Source: Balanoglossus misakiensis (lineage: Eukaryota; Animalia; Hemichordata). From it: a stretch of 64,000 bases of DNA. A program made the translations under genes and the position numbers. This document shows positions 13,400-25,400 of this stretch, piece by piece (position 1 is the first letter of the stretch; each line of letters opens with the position of its first letter). The stretch covers positions 11,997,337 through 12,061,336 of the forward strand of contig CM082586.2 of NCBI GenBank assembly GCA_040954595.2, given 5' to 3'. The notes under the pieces were generated by a model. The model was given only the letters and a program-made list of their open reading frames with translations, was not told the origin of the DNA and did no database searches.

Positions 13400-14612
13400 T
13401 TAAAGCTGCAAGCAGCGTTGGCGGGGCACAAGCGGTTCCCATGGTGACCAGCAAATGCCACGGCTGTATCTGCTGGGGATACCAATATATGGGAAAGTAG
13501 GTCAAAGGTCACCTGAGGTCACCCAAAATTTGGGCAAAAAAATTGGACCCCATAATAGTCTAGATCCAACAAAAAACCAGACCCCTAGCCCTATTGGTTC
13601 GCCTGCAATTAGGTATGCACATAATTAATGAAGTCTTGTGTAAGACTCCATTATGTGCTCAATCCCCATAAAAGCCAGGGCTCTAACTGCTCTGGATGCT
13701 GAGATATGGGAAAGTAGATCAAAGGTCACCCAAGGTCACCCAAAATTAGGGCATAAAATTTTGACCCCAGAGTGGGCCATGTCCAACCAATACCAGACCT
13801 CTAGCCCTATTGGGTAGCATGGAATTAGATATGCAGAAAAATGATGTTTCAGAAATAGGTCAAAGGTCATTGTCAAAATTACCAAAATATTTGTGTCATG
13901 TCCTGGCAGCATTGGTACCCATGTCCACAAAATTCATGACTTTGGTGCTTTGACAAGAGGAGGTATGGGGAATATGCATATATAATTAGTTGTTTTAAAA
14001 CTGGGTCAAAGGTCATGTGAAAATTGCCCCGAAAAATTGTGACAACTTCCGGTCATATGATGACTCATATCCCAAAAAAGTATTTCCATGCTGTCAACAT
14101 TTTGGCTACAAAACGGAATTATCACTTTTCAATGGTTTTCCGAAAATCCAACATGGCCGCCATAATGATCGACCAATCACAGTGCGCTTCGCAAACTTGA
14201 TAGACATAGGTTAGGTGACCACATATCCCAAATCCCGAGACTCGGTAACCGCTGGTTCTGGAGAAGAAGATTTTTAAAGTTTTAAGTAGTTTTTCAGAAA
14301 AACAATTGTAGCAAAAAAACTTTATGTATGACGTCATGATTTTAATGGGGTAAAATGATGGACATAAGGTAGGCTACCTGCACACCAAATTTGAACTCGA
14401 TCGGCCCAGTGGTTTTAGAGAAGGACTCATTTAACGATTTTCAGGAAATCCAATATGGCCGCCAGGTCACGTGACTAATTAAATATTCACGAGCCACTGC
14501 ACGTCTACTCATTGGCCCCTACCACCCTACCAAGTTTCAGCCCCCTAGGTGCTGCGGTTTTCCAGATCTACCTGGCCGAATTTCTCGGAAGAAGAAGAAT
14601 AATAAAGAAGAA
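13400..14612. mobile_element. Element A, left portion: outer non-autonomous Helentron-associated (HINE-like) element; remainder at 37565-37620
   Basis: Short hairpin GCTGC-AA-GCAGC (13405-13416) and subterminal IR GGGGCACAAGCG (13423-13434), whose reverse complement CGCTTGTGCCCC is at 37606-37617. Internal modules are diverged homologues of B/C. Ends in a GAA-rich tract. Confidence 0.85.
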
Positions 14613-16289
14613 TTAAAGCTGCAAGCAGCATTGTCCGGGCCCAAGCTCTATTATCTGATCAGATTATTAGATATGCACATAATTAATGAGTAGAAACATA
14701 ATGCTGTGTTTTATCCCATGAAATATCAAGGTTATATCTATGTTTGGTGCTGATATAATGTTAAGTAGGTCAAAGGTCCCCTGAGGTCACCCAAAATTTG
14801 GGCAGAAAAATTTGACCCATAGTGGTCCATGTCCAACAAAAACCAGACCTCTAGCCCTTTTGGTTAGCCCGGAATTAGGTATGCACATAAATAATGAGTT
14901 AAGCAGGTGTCACAGGTGACCCAAAACTTTGGCTTTTAATTATGGCCCCATACCTCCAAACGCCAAGGCTGTATCTGCTGTGGATGTCGAGATATGCAAA
15001 AGTAGGTCAAAGGTCACCAGAGGTCACCCAACATTTGGGCAAATTTGTTTGACCCAATACTGGTCCATGTCCAACAGAAACCAAACCTCTAGGTCTATTG
15101 GTTCATCTGGAATTAGGTATGTGCATATTTAATGAGGTCAGCAGAGGTCACAGGTGACCCTAAACTGTGGCTTTTCATTATGGCCCCATATATCCAAATG
15201 CCAAGGCTGTACCTGCTTTGGATGCCAAGATATGCAAAAGTAGGTCAAAGGTTATCCGTGGTCACCCAACATTTGGGTAAAATATTTTGACCCCGTACTG
15301 ATCCATGTCCAAAAAAACCCAAACCTCCAGGTCTATTGGTTCATCATGAATTAGGTATGCGCATATTTAATGCGGTCAGCAGAGGTCAAAGGGGTCATGA
15401 AAAGTAGCAAAATTGTTTGATCACATACAAATCCACATACATCAAAAACCAAACTTGTAGCCCTATTGGTTAGCCTGGAATTAGATATGCAGAAAAATGA
15501 TGTGTCAAAAGTAGGTCAAAGGTCTTTGCCAAAATTACCAAAATATTTATAGCTTATTCTTGTCATATGATGATTCATATCCATAAAAAGAATTTCTGTG
15601 CTATCAATTTTTAGGCTAGAAAGGGAATTTTTACTTTTTAATCGTTTTTCACAAAATCCAATATGGCCGCCATAATCTTCGACTAATCACATTCTTCTTC
15701 GCAAACTTGATAGACATCTGTTTAATGACCACACACACCAAATCTTGTGACTCGGTTATCGCCGGTTCTCGAGAAGAAGATTTTTGAAATTTTACTAGGG
15801 TTTTTCGAAAATCCAATATGGCCGCCATAATCTTCGACCAATCACAATGATCTTCGCAAACTTGATAGACATCAGTTAGGTGACCACATACCCCAAACCC
15901 CGTGTCTCGGTTATCACCGGTTCTAGAGAAGAAGATTTTTGAAATTTAAGCCAGATTTCAGAAAAAAAATTGTAGCAAAAAAACTGCAACATTGACAGCA
16001 TAATTTCCAATTACAAAAATGTTTGACAGAAGGTAGTCTACCTGCACGCCAAATTTGAAGTCGATCTGACTTGTAGTTTCTGAGATCTGAGATTTGCATT
16101 TTTTCAGAAAATCCAAGATGGCCGCCAGGTCATGTGACTAATTAAAAATTCATGGGTTCAATGCACGACTACTCATTGACCTTGACCACTGTAGCAAGTT
16201 TGAGAACTGTACCTGCAGTGGTGTCTGAGATCTAGAGCGACAAAGAAATGACAGAAGAATAAAGAAAGAAGAAAGAAAGAAAGACAGAA
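14613..16289. mobile_element. Element B, left portion: middle non-autonomous element of the same family as C; remainder at 37512-37564
   Basis: Begins TTAAAGCTGCAAGCAGCATTGTCCGGGCCCAAGC. The first ~550 bp closely match C's left end (16290 onward) and the last ~0.9 kb closely match C's right end (~36550-37460). The subterminal IR GGGCCCAAGC (14637-14646) matches the right hairpin at 37530-37563. No ORF. Confidence 0.87.
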
Positions 16290-17555
16290 TTAAAGCTGCA
16301 AGCAGCATTGTCCGGGCCCAAGCTCTATTATCTGATCTGATTATTAGATATGCACATAATTAATGAGTAGAAACATAATGCTGTGTTTTATCCAATGAAA
16401 TATCAATGTTATATCTATGTTTGGTGTTGATATAATGTTAAGTAGGTCAAAGGTCACCAAGAGGTCACCCACAATTTGGGCAGAAAATTTTGACCCATAG
16501 TGGTCCATGTCCATCAAAAACCAGACCTCTAGGCCTTTTTGTTAGCACGGAATTAGGTATGCACATAAATAATGAGTTGAGCAGGGGTCACAGGTGACCC
16601 AAAACTTTGGCTTTTCATTATGGCCCCATACCTCCAAACGCCAAGGCTGTATCTGCTGTGGATGTCGACATATGCAAAAGTAACTCAAAGGTCACCCAAG
16701 GTCACCCAACATTTGGGCAAAAAATTTTGACCCAATACTGGTCCATGTCCAACAAAAACCAAACCTCTAGGTCTATCGGTTCATCTGTCATTAGGTATGT
16801 GCATATTTAATGAGGTCAGCAGAGGTCAAAGGGGTCATGAAAAGTAGCGAAATTTTTTGATATCATACAAATCCACATACATCAAAAACCAAAATGATAG
16901 CCCTATAGGTTAGCCTGGAATTAGATATGCAGAAAAAAATGATGTGTCAAAATTAGGTCAAAGGTAATTGCCAAAATTACCAAAATATTTAGGGTAGGTC
17001 CTGGCAGGGGCGATACCAATGTGCACAAAAATCAGAACTCTGGTACATTTAGAACAGGTAGTATGAGCTATATATGCATCCCTATAGGTTAGCCTGGAAA
17101 TAGATATGCAGAAATAATAATGTGTGAAAAGTAGGTCAAAGGTCATGTGAAAAATCGCCAAAAATTTTAACATATTTAGTCATATGACGATTGATATCCA
17201 TAACAAGAATTTGCATGCTATCAATTTCTAGACTAGAAAAAGGAATTTCAATTTTTCACTGCTTTTTACAAAATCCAACATGGCCGCCATATTTTTCGAC
17301 CAATCACAATGCTCTTTGCATACTTGATAGACATCAGTGTAGTGACCATACTCCCAGAATCTTGCGACTCAGTTATCGCTGGTTCTGGAGAAGATTGTTG
17401 GAGTTTTACTATGGTTTTTCGAAAATCCAATATGGCCGCCATAATGTTCGACCGATGACAATGTTCTTGGCAAACTTAGTAAAAATTGTGGCAAAAAACT
17501 GGAACATGGACAGCATAATGTCCAATTACAAAATGATGGGCAGAAGGTAGACTAC
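16290..17555. repeat. Left subterminal modular repeat block of element C
   Basis: Degenerate ~120-bp subunits with AGGTCAAAGGTCA, then AAAATCCAA(T/C)ATGGCCGCCAT modules. Same orientation and order as the blocks at 35140-37460. Confidence 0.8.
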
Positions 17556-18139
17556 AAAATATTGTGATTACACACTAATCCACATGCATCATTACACATG
17601 CGGTAGTTGAGGGCGAAATACAAAGTTAGAATGGACACATTATGTGATTGGTTAATTACTCACTAGTGATGTGTGGATTGGTTGTAAATAGTTGAAAATT
17701 TTCATCTCAATCAGTGAAAGTTTTGACAGAGGTATTTGTTTGGCTATAAACATATCTTTATTTAAGTGAACGGATCTGTATATTACATTTGTTAACTGTG
17801 AAGAGGATGCACCAGGTATAGATATACCAATATATTGAGCTGTATAAACGGAGTGTTAACCCAACACGTCTATGGGGTATGAATCTGAAAGCAACTTCAT
17901 CCTACGCACTTGAATCCGAAAACGAATCTGACTCCAGCAGAGGCGTTGACCTGAATCCGGTGAGTAACACGTATACAATCACATGCAGTTTTTAAATGTG
18001 GTACGAATGAGAGAATCGGTGGTTTGAACGTATAATACTTGGTGGTGTTGGTTATGAAGTTGTTGTTTAACCAATGGTAGTGTGATTTTGTTTGTTTGTG
18101 AGACGATGGCAGTTTTGTAAGATGTTTTGTATTTTCGTC

Positions 18140-18480
18140 TCGAGCTAAATCCAATATGGCGGCTATCGTAACATGTCGAGATTGCTTATTGTATGTAAAG
18201 AATCCATGGTACCGTAAGCATGCATGTTTTGGCAAATGTTATATATGTTGAGATGGTGGAGTTTGCTGGATTAAATAGAACAATTAGAGGCTGGGTAAAT
18301 CAGAGTTTCTAGTGCGTTCCATTCAAGTTTAAATTACGAGATAAGCTTCTTTTTGCAGTCAATGTACAAATGATTATTTAGACTGGAAAGGGTTTAGGCA
18401 AGCGAATCTCGTGACCGGAAGTGTTGAATTCGGGCGATCGGTGTGTCATGCGTATGTTACGTACAAGCGTTGGTAAAGTA
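18140..18480 (+). promoter_or_regulatory. Candidate promoter of the transposase transcript
   Basis: Locally CpG-rich unique segment with a YY1-like AATATGGCGGC (18153-18163) and an ETS consensus ACCGGAAGTG (18414-18423), upstream of the putative leader exon. Motif evidence only. Confidence 0.35.
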
Positions 18481-19138
18481 TTATTTCTGGGATGTGTAGT
18501 TGTAAAAAAAAATAAACTGTGTGGTATTTATGGATTGGCTTTTCCAAATACGTAAATACTGCATTTATTTCTGTGAATATTGTATGTTTATGTGATCAAA
18601 AGCCCAGGGGTAATCATTGAAATTTTTATCAGTTAAATCGATTTGTTTTTTGATAATTGAAAGGAATTTTGCTTCAAATATTGAACAATCTGTGTGAGTA
18701 CAAAACAGAAACATTGCTGGATTATTTGACATTTTGGTTGTTTGTAAAAATGTGGGGACAAGCGGAGAATTGGCCAAATATTTTTGGTGACCACTGTCTT
18801 TAGTGTGTATGCTTTCAGGTGGTGACAGGTGTGCCAAAACATAGACAATGGAATCTGGCAGGAGCATGAAAAGAACAGTTGACTTGTTAACATATTTTGA
18901 TGCCATGAAACTATGTTGTGGGCAAGACAATTTATGTTATCAATCTGTGGTAACCTGTATGTGCCATTTGTATGGAAACTGTGATCAAGATATGAATTTC
19001 TGAATATCACAAGCTTGGAAGTGAATTTATTGTTAATTGTTATCCTGTTTGTAGGCAATTGTATATTTTCATGTACTAGTTTAAATATAAATTTATAGTT
19101 AATTAGTTAATTAAACAGGTTTTTTATTTTCTTGACAG

Positions 19139-19164
19139 ATTTTGGCTACCAAAGAGTTTTCAAG
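19139..19164 (+). other. Putative 26-nt leader micro-exon of the transposase mRNA
   Basis: Strong acceptor TTTTTATTTTCTTGACAG before 19139 and consensus donor AAG|GTGAGT after 19164. A matching acceptor (CTAAC branch-like site, TTTGCTTTGTTCCAG) lies immediately before the ATG at 22445. Confidence 0.5.
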
Positions 19165-19794
19165 GTGAGTGTTGGTGCACAACAGTGCATAGTATCATAG
19201 ATTACCACACTCAGATGTGCATTGTGTCAAATGTGGATTAGCCTTTTAAATCATTTGCGGAGGAATTGCTTAGTTCTACTATCAGTCACACTGTGGTTTA
19301 ATATCAGATAGGATGATTGTCCACTTCCATGCACCGTCTGTTAACATGTAAAAGCACTAGCCCATTTCTTTGAATTTGTTATTCAGGGGTGACGGAAGAA
19401 AAACATATTGTTATAGTTCATAGAAATGGTGTTTATTGAATACATCAGAAAGGAAGGGACTTGTATGTGCAGAACAATCATTGTGCTATGTGGTGTTAAG
19501 ACCATTGGATAGTGCCATTACTTACAACAATGGCTTCAAAAAAAAAACATTGGTATGATGTATGTTTCTTGATATCCTTGTCCTGTCATTGAACTTGTAT
19601 ATTAAATTACTAAGTGTAAATCACGTATAAAACAATCATGTTATGATTTGTATGAGTACATAATGAAAATGCCAGGATGTAAGGTCATACAGGGGTCAGG
19701 ATTCAAGCCTTGTCAGGTTCTTCAGGAGGGAAATGTGGTGTCAGTGAATACTGTATGTGTATTTGTCCGTGTGTGTGTCTGTTGTCATTGTACA

Positions 19795-22090
19795 TGGACT
19801 TGATATTGCTGACTGGTGGAAATGGTTTTGAAGTGAAATTTTATTCAGATTTGGCTGAGTACATTGCAACGTAAATGGAAAAATGTTGGGTCATTCAGGG
19901 TCAGGTCTGAAGCCTTATTTGGTTGTACACGGTGGATGTTGGGGTGGCTGTGTATTTGTGTATGTCTGAAATTCATACATGTATGCCTATCGTACTTGGA
20001 CTTGATATTGCTAAATAGTGGCAATGATTTTGAAGTGAAATTTTTTTCAGATTTGGCTGAGTACATTGCAACGTAAATGGGAAAATGTCGGGTCATTCAG
20101 GGTCAGGTCTGAAGCCTTATTTGGTTGTACACAGTGGATGTTGGGGTGTCCGTGTATTTGTGTATGTCTGTGCAAATTCATACATGTATGCCTATCGTAC
20201 TTGGACTTGATATTGCTAACTGGTGGAAATGTTTTTGAAGTGAAATTTTATTCAGATTTGGCTGAGCACATTGCAGCGTAAATGGGAAAATGTCGGGTCA
20301 TTCAGGGTCAGGTCTGAAGCCTTATTTGGTTGTACACGGTGCATGTTGGGGTGTCCGTGTATTTGTGTATGTCTGTGCAAATTCATACATGTATGCCTAT
20401 CGTACTTGGACTTGATATTGCTAAATAGTGGCAATGATTTTGAAGTGAAATTTTTTTCAGATTTGGCTGAGTACATTGCAACGTAAATGGGAAAATGTCG
20501 GGTCATTCAGGGTCAGGTCTGAAGCCTTATTTGGTTGTACACGGTGGATGTTGGGGTGTCCGTGTATTTGTGTATGTCTGTGCAAATTCATACATGTATG
20601 CCTATCGTACTTGGACTTGATATTGCTAAATAGTGGCAATGATTTTGAAGTGAAATTTTTTTCAGATTTGGCTGAGTACATTGCAACGTAAATGGGAAAA
20701 TGTCGGGTCATTCAGGGTCAGGTCTGAAGCCTTATTTGGTTGTACACGGTGGATGTTGGGGTGTCCGTGTATTTGTGTATGTCTGTGCAAATTCATACAT
20801 GTATGCCTATCGTACTTGGACTTGATATTGCTAAAAAGTGGCAATGATTTTGAAGTGAAATTTTATTCAGATTTGGCTGAGTACATTGCAACGTAAATGG
20901 GAAAATATCGGGTCATTCAGGGTCAGGTCTGAAGCCTTATTTGGTTGTACACGGTGGATGTTGGGGTGTCCGTGTATTTGTGTATGTCTGTGCAAATTCA
21001 TACATGTATGCCTATCGTACTTGGACTTGATATTGCTAAAAAGTGGCAATGATTTTGAAGTGAAATTTTATTCAGATTTGGCTGAGTACATTGCAACGTA
21101 AATGGGAAAATATCGGGTCATTCAGGGTCAGGTCTGAAGCCTTATTTGGTTGTACACGGTGGATGTTGGGGTGTCCGTGTATTTGTGTATGTCTGTGCAA
21201 ATTCATACATGTATGCCTATCGTACTTGGACTTGATATTGCTAAATAGTGGCAATGATTTTGAAGTGAAATTTTTTTCAGATTTGGCTGAGTACATTGCA
21301 ACGTAAATGGGAAAATGTCGGGTCATTCAGGGTCAGGTCTGAAGCCTTATTTGGTTGTACACGGTGGATGTTGGGGTGTCCGTGTATTTGTGTATGTCTG
21401 TGCAAATTCATACATGTATGCCTATCGTACTTGGACTTGATATTGCTAAAAAGTGGCAATGATTTTGAAGTGAAATTTTATTCAGATTTGGCTGAGTACA
21501 TTGCAACGTAAATGGGAAAATATCGGGTCATTCAGGGTCAGGTCTGAAGCCTTATTTGGTTGTACACGGTGGATGTTGGGGTGTCCGTGTATTTGTGTAT
21601 GTCTGTGCAAATTCATACATGTATGCCTATCGTACTTGGACTTGATATTGCTAAAAAGTGGCAATGATTTTGAAGTGAAATTTTATTCAGATTTGGCTGA
21701 GTACATTGCAACGTAAATGGGAAAATATCGGATCATTCAGGGTAAGGTCTGAAGCCTTATTTGGTTGTACACGGTGGATGTTGGGGTGTCCGTGTATTTG
21801 TGTATGTCTGAAATTCATACATGTATGCCTATCGTACTTGGACTTGATATTGCTAAATAGTGGCAATGATTTTGAAGTGAAATTTTATTCAGATTTGGCT
21901 GAGTACATTGCAACGTAAATGGGAAAATGTCGGGTCATTCAGGGTCAGGTCTGAAGCCTTATTTGGTTGTACACAGTGGATGTTGGGGTGTCCGTGTATT
22001 TGTGTATGTCTGAAATTCATACATGTATGCCTATCGTACTTGGACTTGATATTGCTAAATAGTGGAAATGATTTTTAAAGAAAATTTCAC
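19795..22090. repeat. Internal tandem array of ~11 near-identical 205-bp units (202-bp variants at both ends)
   Basis: TCAGATTTGGCTGAG recurs every 205 bp (20047, 20252, 20457, 20662, 20867, 21072, 21277, 21482, 21687). Degenerate flanking copies at ~19660-19795 and ~22090-22290. Confidence 0.95.
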
Positions 22091-22444
22091 TCAGATCTGA
22101 GATTTGTCTGAGCACATTCTAATGTGAATGCCAGAATGTTAGGTCATACAGGGGTCAGGATTTAAGCCTTATCCTGTTTTCCAGCAGAAAAAAGTGTGTC
22201 TGTGATACTTTGTGTGTATATGTGTCTATTTGTATACAAGCATGGGGATATGTGTGTATTATGTGTTGCTGTTGAATTACAACTTTGTTCGGACTTAGTT
22301 TCTATAAATCACTTCTGTCTGTTAAAAGTTCCACTACTTTTTACTGGTTATAATCACTTGTGATGTGATTTGATGAGAAGGTTATCTGAAGTCTGGTGGT
22401 GAAAGGATAGTAAAAACCTAACTAGTATATTTGCTTTGTTCCAG

Positions 22445-25400
22445 ATGCCACGCAGTAGATACTGGAGGAAGAAGAGGAGTCAGAAGAATGAAGATGCTGT
22501 TGTGTCTGAGGATCCTGTCCTCTTGAAAAACAGGATAGCTATAGAGCACAAAGAGGGGCCTGCCCTCTCTAAAAACAGGAATAATAATGAATTCAAAGAG
22601 GGGCCTGCCCTCTCTAAAAACAGGAATAGAAATGAATTCAAAGAGGGGCCTGCCCTCTCTAAAAACAGGAATAGAAATGAATACAAAGAGGGGCCTGCCC
22701 TCTCTAAAAACAGGAATAGAAATGAATACAAAGAGGGGCCTGCCCTCTCTAAAAACAGGAATAGAAATGAATTCAAAGAGGGGCCTGCCCTCTCTAAAAA
22801 CAGGAATATGGATAAAATCAGAAAAAGTGACAGAGAAAATGAAAGTACAAAAGTCAACAATGAGATATTTGAGACTGAAAATCAAAGTGTTGATAAGACT
22901 GAAGGAAGTAATGAAATTCTGCAACAACATAGTCTTGACAATGATTCATCGGACGACCTATATATTGGTAGTGGAACAGAGGACAATGTTTATTCATTCT
23001 CTCCACTTACTTCTGATGTATGTGAACAGCTGTGTTGCAAATTTGATATTGTAGATAAAAATAAAATTGATATTTTAAATAAACTTGGAAGTGTTACAAT
23101 TGGAGACCCATGTAATTACAAGTCAATAATTGGTGATGGTAACTGTTTTTTTAGGTCCTTGTCATATTGTATAAGTGGGACTGAGCGAAATCACGGAGTT
23201 ATTCGAACGGCTATTGTGAATCACTTGAAAGCCAATGAGGAAGTATATTCAGGCTGGGTAAGGTTAGATGGATATACATCAGTTGCTGATTATATTGAGA
23301 AGTCCAGAATGGATCGTCTTGGAACATGGGCTACAGAAACTGAAATCCTTGCCACTACTAATCTCTTCAATGTGAATATTTTCGTGTACAGTTTCGATAG
23401 TTGGTGGAAACATTCTTGTAATATTATCAATAAAAATAATGTTGATAGAGGTGTTGGTATATACCTGAACCATCGCAATAGAAACCATTATGAAGTAGTT
23501 TCGTGTGTGAAGACACCACAGTTGGAAACTTGTCACTGTACACACATTGAGTGCGATGTAGATGTCCCTGTTGAGATTGTGACTGGAGAGTGCATGGATG
23601 TGACAGACAATGAGTGTTCAAAACAGATTGGTTTGAAAAAAGAGTTCCATTTGGATGAAGTATTTGCAACACATGAAGAACTTCCGTGTCTTGCACCAGT
23701 AAGAGCTGAGAAACGTGGAAGAGCCATGGGTGAACGGCTGAAAAAGAAACTCAGGCGTGAAAAGTATGAAAGTGAAAGAGGTATATTGAATAAATTGAAT
23801 GTACCCAGTAGTCTGAGCAGCTCTAAAGCAGCTAAACAATATGAACGCTATCAGACTAATTGTGAATATAGAGACAACATAAAATCGGTTAATAGAAAGA
23901 GATATCATGAAGATGTACTGTATAGAGAGAACAAAAAACGTAGACTTGTAGGAAGATACGATTGTGACCTAGTATTTCGTGAAGTACAAAAAACTGTATG
24001 TGCAGAACAATGTTTGGCAAAATATGAAAAAGTTCCACTATACAGAGAGCACAAGAAGAGTGAGAGTGCAGCACAATGTGTTGACAAGTACAAAAAAGAT
24101 CAGACATTCCGAAAACACAAAAAGAGTCAGAGTGCAGCACAATGTGTTGACAAGTACAAAAAAGATCAGGCATTCCGAGAACACAAGAAGAGTCAGAGTG
24201 CAGCAGAATTTGCTAACAAGTACCAAAAAGATCTTAATTTCCGAGAACTCAAAAACAGTCAGAATGCAGCACAATTTCTTGACAAGTATAACAAAGATGA
24301 GGAGTTCCAAAAACAGATTAAAAAAAATTGTCTTGAACGGTACCAACAGGATCAAGTTTATAAACAGACTGTACTGGAGAGAACACGTACTGAGATGAAA
24401 GTGAGAAAGATAAATAAGGAAAATATAGAGCGTGTTATAATTGATTTTAGGAATCAGACTTCAGTTGGGCCAAATTGTGTATGTTCAGTTTGTCACCGGC
24501 GACTTTTTCGAAAGCAGGTTCTTGTTTGTAAGATGGATAACTATGTCTCTAAGGGAGATCTCTGTGAAATGAATGCCAAGAAATGCATAACACAAGATTA
24601 TGTACATAACTGTACTGAATTATGTATTGCTGAATGTCCACTTAAGAGTAGTGCAGCCAGTAAATTATGGATTTGTCACACATGCCATAGCAAACTATTG
24701 CGTGCAGAGATGCCTGTTCAAGCTGCTGCAAATAATCTTGATGTAAAACCAATCCCTAATGAATTAAAATGTCTGAATTCTTTAGAGCAACATTTAATTG
24801 CACTGCACATTCCTTTCATGAAAATGATGGCTCTGCCAAGAGGTGGACAAAATGGTGTTCATGGACCTGTTGTGTGTGTTCCATCTAATATAGAAAAAGC
24901 CACAAGTATTTTGCCTAGAGGTGAATTGGATGACCAGATGATAAAAGTGAAATTAAAGCGGAAATTAAGTTATAAAGGTTGTTATCAGTATCAATTCGTA
25001 AACAAAGGACACATTCAAAATGCACTGGAATACCTACAGAAAAATAACTTGTGGTACAATGATGTGAAATTCAATCTCGCTTGGGAAAATACTCTTGAAA
25101 AGACTGAAGAAAAATCTGCTGGTGAAAGTAATGGAAACATTGAGGATAAGAATTTAGATACTGAAGGCAATGGTGTAGCATCAGACACAGAAGGTGGAAA
25201 CGAGCCTGAAAAAGATACTGATGGAATATTCATGGACACATGCTTTCAACCAGTTGACATTGGTCAGGATATTCTGGATTATCACTTTGACGATATCGCT
25301 TGTGTTGCTCCTGGTGAGGATAATAAACCTGTTAGAGTGTTGATGGAAAAGTTCAATGAGGCAAAGTGCTTTCCTGTGATATTCCCAACTGGGTCACCAA

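Noticed and set aside
19845-21918. Series of near-identical 60-84-aa ORFs on both strands
   Set aside because: Artefacts of the 205-bp tandem unit, which shifts frame every copy; no protein features.
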